A DNA stretch of 64,000 bases from an uncultured Methanosarcinaceae archaeon (GTDB lineage: Archaea > Halobacteriota > Methanosarcinia > Methanosarcinales > Methanosarcinaceae), in contig CAWHXP010000013.1 of NCBI GenBank assembly GCA_963833425.1, positions 160,001 through 224,000 on the forward strand. Reading direction: 5' to 3'. The notes under the pieces are model-generated. The model made no database searches. It worked only from the letters and a program-made list of their open reading frames with translations, and was not told the origin of the DNA. Below are positions 56,626 to 64,000 of the stretch, piece after piece. The position numbers were made by a program, and so were the translations under genes. How positions within the stretch are numbered: position 1 is the first letter of the stretch; every line of letters starts with the position of its first letter.

Positions 56626-58347
56626 TTATTGAATTGACAGTATAATATCATTAGGAGATACGGTGTCCCCTTCTGAAACAAATATTTCTTTAACGATACC
56701 CGAGTGAGGGGCGTGAATAGAGTTCTCCATCTTCATAGCTTCGATGACAGCGATTGTATCGCCTTCTGCAACAACGTCTTCAACTTTGACCTTAATAGAA
56801 AGAACCATACCCTGCATTGAGCTTTTTACAGCCCCTTCAACGGATTTAGCACTCGATTTTTTGGAAGACAATTCGGATATTGAAACTCCACTGCCAAGAG
56901 GCTCAATCTTTACCTCGTAGACGTCTTCGTCCACCTCAACCTTGAAATGGGTTGGGATTGTGTACTCATTCCGAATTGCAACCTCATGGGTAACGACAGT
57001 GAGAGATTCTTCTTCGACTTCCCCTTTTAGGAATTTTGGAGCGATAGCTGGATAGAGAATGTAGGTAAGGATATCTTCTTCGGATTTTGCGATACCCATG
57101 TCTTCTGCTTCTTTTTTTTTCCGATTATATTCTGGCTTTAGGAGATCTGCAGGACGGCAGTTTATGGGTTCTTCGTCTCCGATAATCTTGCCTATGATCT
57201 CGGGTCTTAATGGAGCGGGAGATCTTCCATAAAGCCCGCGAACATAATCCTTGACTTCTTTTGGAATAACTTTATAACGTTCGCCCATGAGCACATTAAG
57301 CACCGCCTGGGTGCCCACTATTTGGCTCGTAGGAGTAACAAGAGGCGGATATCCAAGTTCCTCTCGAACTCTAGGCATTTCATCGAGAACAGCCTCATAT
57401 TTGTCAAGAGCATTCTGCTCCTTTAATTGAGATACCAGATTTGAGAGCATCCCTCCAGGAATCTGATAGATAAGGACATTGGTATCAATCTGTTCGGAAA
57501 TTGGATCAAGAATTCCCCTATATTTTTCTTTTAAATTTTTGAAATATGCAACAACTTCCTTGAAAAGCTCTAGATCCAGACCGGTATCATAAGGTGTACC
57601 TTTAAGGGCCGCTATTACAGTCTCAGTGGCAGGCTGAGAAGTCCCCCAGGCTAGTGGGGAAAGTGCTGTATCTAGGATATCCACTCCTGCGTAGCAGGCT
57701 GCCATATAGCTCATCGGGGCCATCCCAGAGGTGCAATGGCAGTGCAGAGAAATTGGGATGGAGATTTTTTTTTTCATTCCAATGATTATGTTATTGGCTC
57801 CATCGGAAGAAAGCAAACCTGCCATATCTTTGATACAAAGGGAATCGCACTCAAGTTCTTCAAGTTGTGTTGCAAGTTCTACATACTTTTCAACCGTGTG
57901 CACTGGACTTATAGTATAGCAAATCGTACCCTGTACATGAGCACCAAGTTTTTTTGCCACTTTAATAGAAAGTTCCATATTCCGGATATCGTTGACAGCA
58001 TCAAAAATCCGAAAAACATCAATTCCATTTTCATAAGATTTCGTAACGAATTTCTCGACTACGTCATCCGAATAGTGCCGATATCCAACAAGATTTTGAC
58101 CCCTAAGAAGCATCTGAGCATAGGTATTTTTCATCCTCTTCTTTATGTCCCTCAGGCGTTGCCAGGGATCTTCGTTTAGATAACGAATACAACTATCAAA
58201 GGTAGCACCTCCCCACATTTCAAGGGAAAAATAGCCAATTTTGTCTAATTGTTCAACCACTTCGAGCATATCTCTTGTCCGCATTCTAGTTGCCAGGAGA
58301 GACTGGTGTGCATCCCGAAGGATTGTTTCAGTAATTTTGACACTCAT
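56626..58347 (-). CDS. pycB: Pyruvate carboxylase subunit B (carboxyltransferase plus biotinyl domain)
   Basis: MSVKITETILRDAHQSL, WGGATFD, IKDMAG and EAMKM. Confidence 0.93.
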   Translation of the reverse strand: MSVKITETILRDAHQSLLATRMRTRDMLEVVEQLDKIGYFSLEMWGGATFDSCIRYLNEDPWQRLRDIKKRMKNTYAQMLLRGQNLVGYRHYSDDVVEKFVTKSYENGIDVFRIFDAVNDIRNMELSIKVAKKLGAHVQGTICYTISPVHTVEKYVELATQLEELECDSLCIKDMAGLLSSDGANNIIIGMKKKISIPISLHCHCTSGMAPMSYMAACYAGVDILDTALSPLAWGTSQPATETVIAALKGTPYDTGLDLELFKEVVAYFKNLKEKYRGILDPISEQIDTNVLIYQIPGGMLSNLVSQLKEQNALDKYEAVLDEMPRVREELGYPPLVTPTSQIVGTQAVLNVLMGERYKVIPKEVKDYVRGLYGRSPAPLRPEIIGKIIGDEEPINCRPADLLKPEYNRKKKEAEDMGIAKSEEDILTYILYPAIAPKFLKGEVEEESLTVVTHEVAIRNEYTIPTHFKVEVDEDVYEVKIEPLGSGVSISELSSKKSSAKSVEGAVKSSMQGMVLSIKVKVEDVVAEGDTIAVIEAMKMENSIHAPHSGIVKEIFVSEGDTVSPNDIILSIQ

Positions 58348-58794
58348 GGATGAACCTCTTAAAATCGAATCAAAATAAATAGTTATACTTAATAGGTGTG
58401 TGGAGATTAACAAAAGTTTCTGGAATATATGGGGGTTGATATTTAGATTCTTTTGAGTGAAATTCATAAGTTTTCTGATCACTATTTTTGGCACATTTTC
58501 TGTTATTTTACCGCAATAAGGATTTCTATGGTCAGATATAAAAGGCACCAGAATCGAATCATGAGATATTCAATTTAACGATCAAAGGGCAATCTTCTAC
58601 AGATATTGCGCTTTGATTTTAAAATATACAATTGTTAACAAGTATATACTTTTCGCCTGTTAACATTAAGTAAATATAATATAGTAAAAGTACCAAAACT
58701 ATTAAGCCCCCAGATAAGAATCCCTTTTTTAAAGGGACAACAAGCCTTATTTGTTGATTAGAAATAGTCGTACTTCTCACACAATAAAATTACA

Positions 58795-58884
58795 GGGAAT
58801 TTTGATAAACCTCTGATTTTCGAGAATCGGTTATATACCATTTATAAATACATGATAACATTTGTGGGCCTATCAAAATAATCT
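58795..58884. mobile_element. IS5-derived MITE (~90 bp)
   Basis: GGGAATTTTGATAAACCTCTGATTTTC...GGGCCTATCAAAAT; aligns with 35643-35729. Confidence 0.6.
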
Positions 58885-59331
58885 GCATACAATAGAATTT
58901 TCTTGCCATTTAAAAATTACCATTTTATTCTGAAATAATTCTGCCTCAAAACTCATTTAACATGACAATAAGTGATGAATCGGTTGCCTCACGTACACTT
59001 ATGTCAAATCTACATCAGAAAGGCCAGAAAATTCTTCAACCGGTGAACAAAGAATAATAATGTGACATAAACTTCACCTTCAAATTCGCAAAAAATTCCT
59101 ACTCAATAACTAATGGACAGGATAACACTTTCCACTTCTACACATAAAAGTGCCTTAAATCACCTTATCATCTTCAATTTGGGTCCAACATTCTAAATTG
59201 TCCTGAATCGACAGAACATTCTGTAAGCAAAATTAGCTTCATCTTCATAAATAGCAGTACTAATAGATCTTCCTACTATTTAGGTAGCCTTTATAAGTGA
59301 CTGCACAATTTTACCTCGGAAAAAGATGGAT

Positions 59332-60694
59332 GTAATGAATTTTTTTATTGCTGATAAAATATGAAGAGATTCTGGCTCTTTGTGCTTCAACCCTAAATTT
59401 ATTGCTTATTATCGTGAGTCTTGAATCTCAAATTAAAGAACTAACAGAAAGATCAATCTTATTTGAATCCTGCTTAATTCAAAGCAATCATAGCAGCAGA
59501 AGTCTCCGTCAAAAGAGTGCTTGACAAAAAGAAGCAAAAATTCAAGAGTAGACAAAAAAAGATGCTAAGAGATCTAGCAGTTAATAAGATTATCAAGGAA
59601 CGACTTTTGACATGGTTAATTTTTATGATTGCCTAATATAACATTTTTTGAATTACTGTAGAGAATACGGACACTTTCTTGAGTATTTTGGTGTTGAATA
59701 TTATGATTAAAGATAACATTTTTAGATTCAACCAATTAATCTTATTTTTACAGAATATCAAGGTCAGACGGAGAACTGGCTTCATTGTGGAAGATTAAAT
59801 GAAGCTGTTTTTCCTGAATAAGTAAAATATCCAGTAAAGTATGGTTCTGATATTTCAGCTTAGCAATCTGATATCTAAAACTACTAGTTCGTCTCCTATG
59901 AAAGGGGTTCTAAGTTTTTTAATGATACAATTGGATGAAAATATATTTTGCTACCATCATTAGAGAATAAAAAGATTATTTCTTGAATTCAGATAAATTT
60001 GAAAATGTGATTAGTAAAGAGCAAATAACTACTCTGTCACCTATTGTGATGAAAAATAAATAAAATCAAGAAATAAGAAAATTGGCTTCATATAGCGTCC
60101 ACCGACAAATACACATATCATCTTTCTTATCCAAAAGGAGGATTTTAATCAATGAGAGCTATGAGAATTCTTCCAACTTTTTAAGGAATAGCAGTAAAGA
60201 GATAATTTAAAGGGGTTGAAGAGCATCATAAACAACAATATGATAAAGAAATGAATGAGCTTTATGATAGAAATGGAAAAGTAAACTGCTGAATTCAAGG
60301 AGCAAACCCAAGAGTTGGAAGAAAGATTTGATTCCGTAGTAATAGAAGAAATTTAAGTAAATCCGCATTTTTTTAAGCTCCCAAAGACAATTAAAAAGCT
60401 TTAAAAGCCCATAAACAAAAGCGAGTCAATCGATTTGAGAGGATTATATAATCAAAGAAAATATCATAAGGTTCCTTACCTGCCTGAGAGTTCCAAATGA
60501 AATAAATTGGGTAGAAAGGGGATCAAAATGATGAAATTATAGCAAAAAAATTCAAGAATTTTTGTAAACATACACTGAGTTGCAGTTTTCTGCAGAAATG
60601 ATCTACATTCCTGCAATCAGAAAAAATTTTTGCAGTATCTAGACGGTATTCTAGCGATGCTTAGGGATCTAAGTCAACATACCCCAATGGTTAC
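59332..60694 (+). mobile_element. Heavily degenerate IS66-family element
   Basis: Fragments IVSLESQIKELTER, SLRQKS, TEYQGQ..HCGRLNEAVFPE..KYPVKYG and SYIPAIRK are typical of IS66 TnpC. GTAA/TTAC ends are tentative. Confidence 0.65.
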
Positions 60695-60822
60695 AAATTT
60701 GTTATTATTTTCGGTTTTTGAATTGATTGTAATTATAGTAAACTCAGGAAATATTCATACATATAAACAACGATAACCGTAGTTAACCCTTGGAATATTG
60801 AGTCAATCATTAGTTGACTATA

Positions 60823-60915
60823 AAGGATTTCGATAAGCCACTGATTTTCACGAATTATTGATATATGTCCATAAAATATAGATATGACAAAATTTAGGAG
60901 TTTATCAAAATCTCC
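60823..60915. mobile_element. IS5-derived MITE (~93 bp)
   Basis: AAGGATTTCGATAAGCCACTGATTTTC...GAGTTTATCAAAATCTCC. Confidence 0.65.
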
Positions 60916-61259
60916 GATTGTTTGGGAGATATTCAAAAAAAAGTTATTTTGGAAAAAGTATTGCTTTGTGTTGTACAACCCTATATTAAATGTTCTTGTA
61001 GAGGCTCAGAAGAGTTTTTTTTTCAATGCCTCATATTGGACTGTTATTTAATCGAAGGTTTATTGTTAGGCCTATAATTGCGTATCAACAATATGTGCAA
61101 AGTATACAAATAAATCCATGTGTTATGAATAGGGGAAGGTTTGAATCGTTCCCGATTGAAGTAAGGGATCTTCTTGAAACTCCACACTTCTATCTCATAA
61201 ACTAGATAACTGATTTCAAAATAACAAAAAAATGGATCAGAAGATATGTTTTATTTGTT

Positions 61260-61643
61260 TCACTGTTGCTTTTTAAGCCTTCCTAAAAAACCGTTAAGTC
61301 CTGCTTTATGTCTGGCTTCATCCAAAGAAGCTCTTTCAAAAAAAAGAGCAGCTCTTATGTTGCCTTCTTCTCTAGCCATTTTTGCTGCTTCAGCTTTCTC
61401 AAATTCAGCTTTGCTTTCTCCTGCTAGCATCATTTCCAGATTATCAAGGGTTTTTTCTTTAACAAGTCCAAGAATTTCAGCTACTTCTGTAGCATGCCAG
61501 GCCTCATCCATAGCTATCTGACGGAGGTATACTGCAATATCTGCAAGTCCTTCACTCTCAGCAACTTTTGACATCGCAAGATACCACCCGACCTCAGTGG
61601 TTTCTCCTCTAAAAGTATCTTTTAACATCTGTTCAAGATTCAT
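61260..61643 (-). CDS. Rubrerythrin/ferritin-like di-iron protein
   Basis: GETTE, DEAWH, GESKA and DEARH (paired ExxH motifs). Confidence 0.85.
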   Translation of the reverse strand: MNLEQMLKDTFRGETTEVGWYLAMSKVAESEGLADIAVYLRQIAMDEAWHATEVAEILGLVKEKTLDNLEMMLAGESKAEFEKAEAAKMAREEGNIRAALFFERASLDEARHKAGLNGFLGRLKKQQ

Positions 61644-63060
61644 GAAATCACCATTTCTTCTTTAAAATAATCGTATCAATGACTTTAATCATATATTGGC
61701 CTTCAAAAGTAGATTCTCGCCTTATTTCAGGTACAATAGAATTAGTCCTACAGCTTTACTTTTCTATCTGATCCAATAAACTTAAACCTAATATTTTGGG
61801 AAAATTAATAAAAGTTCTGGATGCAAATCAAGATTACGGTTGTACACTCCACTGCAAGCAACTTGTACGCTCCCGCCACAGATTTGGATATCTACAAATT
61901 ATTCAAAGTAAAATATTTTAATTTGCTTATATACCTTTTTCCTCTCTGATCTCCCTGATTTTCAACATATTTTTTAATTACTTTGGAGGGTGTACCATCA
62001 CCCAACAGTTCATTTTTCCCGAATGAAGAATGAATTTTTATCAGTAAAATAGTGATCTATATAATTAAAAGATGGTATAATCTTATGAAATTTTTATTTA
62101 TGATATTTTGATCCTGAATCGCTGATCGCAGTTTCTGAGGATTATTAGAAAAGCTTGAGCATGAAATAAAAGAAGAACTTCTTGACAGCTATAATTTGTT
62201 TCACCAAGAAAAATTATCACAGCAACGAAGCTACTCAATTCAGAAGATACAAACATTACACCACGTATATATATTTAGTAAGTAGGGTGACTTTTCATGT
62301 CACAATCAGCGATTTCATTACCTAAATAATGGAATATATCACCTGATTTATATAACTTAATTAGAAACTGACAAGATTGAAAAATACTGAATCTATAAAC
62401 AGAACAATATAAACTAAATTGAAATATTAATAAATTTACGAAAAATGGGATACAAACTTTAGGCAGTATAAAAATAGAGAATGTTCTAGGCATTTATCTA
62501 AATCCTCCAGAATTTCAGCAACTATTTTAGCCTACCGAAAATCAGTTAACTGATATCTATTTTGATCCATTATTCATCTTTGATTACTAATTTATGAAAA
62601 AAATGAAAAAAACATAATCAATAGCCGACAGTTATATAATATGAGTCAATCGAATTTGCTGACTGAATCCTACTGAAAATGGATATTGATATTTTTTTTT
62701 ATTGACTGAATGATAGAGTATCTAAAGGAAAAAATATATAGGCTTTTCAAGAAGAATAAAAGGATATATATTTAGATGAGGTTTTATTAAATTTATTTTT
62801 AACTCTTCAAGAGTTTAAGAGAATTAAACAAAAAAAGAGGAAATAAAGTTTTAGAGAGGAACACCATGCAAAGGAAAGAGGAGTACTCAACGTAAATAGA
62901 CATCTGCAGCGCTGTTAAATTATAAAATTTATCCGAATATTAACTAATTAAAAAGAGAACACAAAATTTAATTATCTGAGACATTACCTTAGCTATAAAA
63001 TGTACAAATTTGATAAAATTAACTTTAAGATAGTTTTATTCTTAAAATGGGGATCTCAAA

Positions 63061-64000
63061 ATGAATCTATCTATAATCTTAGGCACAAGACCAGAAATTA
63101 TTAAAATGTCTCCACTGATAAGAGAATGTGAAAGAAGAAACATTGATTATTTTATTCTGCATACTGGCCAACATTATTCCTTTGAGATGGATAAGACTTT
63201 CTTCGATGATCTTGAATTGCCGAAACCGGCTTATAATCTAGAGATAGGCTCTGGAAGTCATGCAGAGCAAACAGGTAAAATTATGGTAGGTATAGAAAAA
63301 ATCATTCTTGATGAAAAGCCAGATGTAGTATTAGTTCAGGGTGATACAAATACTGTACTTGCTGGTTCTCTAGCTGCTTCCAAAGTGAACATAAAAATTG
63401 GACATGTGGAAGCGGGCCTAAGAAGTTATGACAGAAGCATGCCAGAAGAAATAAATCGAATTGTTGCGGACCATGTTTCGACTATCCTCTTTGCTCCCAC
63501 AGAGCTCTCAAAGCAAAATTTGCTGAAAGAGGGAATTGGAGAAAGCAAAATATTTGTAACTGGTAATACAATTGTTGACGCTGTTTTTCAAAATTTAGAA
63601 ATTTCTAACAATAGAGGAAATGTTTTAAATGATTTGAAATTGAAATCAAAAGAATACTTTCTTCTCACATCTCATAGAGCTGAAAACGTCGATAATCGGG
63701 AACAGATGAGTAAAATATTAAAAGGTATTTCCATGATTCAAGAAGAATTCTCTATCCCTGTTGTATTTCCTGTACATCCGCGGACAGAGAAAAGGATTCG
63801 AGAGTTTGGTTTTTCATTAGAAGGCATCAAGTCTATAAGGCCAGTGAGTTTTCTGGAGTTCCTTCAGCTTGAAGCTAATGCCAGACTTGTATTTACTGAT
63901 TCTGGTGGTGTTCAGGAGGAAACCTGCATTCTTGGAACACCCTGCATAACATTGAGAGATAATACCGAAAGACCTGAAACACTGGAAGTAGGCTCGAACA
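63061..64000 (+). CDS. wecB: UDP-N-acetylglucosamine 2-epimerase (non-hydrolysing), runs off the window
   Basis: Manual translation gives GTRPEIIK, HTGQH, QGDT, HVEAGLRS, PEEINR and TDSGGVQEE. Confidence 0.93.
   Translation, partial: MNLSIILGTRPEIIKMSPLIRECERRNIDYFILHTGQHYSFEMDKTFFDDLELPKPAYNLEIGSGSHAEQTGKIMVGIEKIILDEKPDVVLVQGDTNTVLAGSLAASKVNIKIGHVEAGLRSYDRSMPEEINRIVADHVSTILFAPTELSKQNLLKEGIGESKIFVTGNTIVDAVFQNLEISNNRGNVLNDLKLKSKEYFLLTSHRAENVDNREQMSKILKGISMIQEEFSIPVVFPVHPRTEKRIREFGFSLEGIKSIRPVSFLEFLQLEANARLVFTDSGGVQEETCILGTPCITLRDNTERPETLEVGSN

Overview
This window is AT-rich archaeal DNA from a Methanosarcina-like methanogen, judged from the McrA/B/G, Mmp10, SepS and Hef sequences. Intact core genes sit as islands: a CHASE4-type sensor kinase (partial), tRNA-Pro, mmp10 divergent from mcrBDCGA, three tandem TRAM genes, DUF89, a polysaccharide deacetylase, engB, sepS, UPF0147/UPF0148, hef, glyS, a GT4, cbiA, glutaredoxin plus an Old Yellow Enzyme, birA-pycA-pycB, a ferritin-like protein and wecB (partial). 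Between them lies an unusually large amount of decayed DNA: IS5, IS6, IS66, IS110 and IS200 remnants, a family of ~90-bp IS5-derived MITEs and several pseudogenes. My hand sum of apparently intact CDS is about 29-30 kb of 64 kb (~46%), which suggests ongoing genome erosion. I see no CRISPR array, rRNA or complete novel multi-gene system. The best leads are the erosion itself, the apparent absence of mcmA next to mcrA, dead IS5 copies that seem to have moved in trans (with their MITEs), an IS6 transposase interrupted only by an amber codon, a short Trp-Gly-rich ORF with a strong RBS, and an IS6-bounded island next to a GC-rich redox cassette. All family assignments come from motif recognition only; no searches were run.
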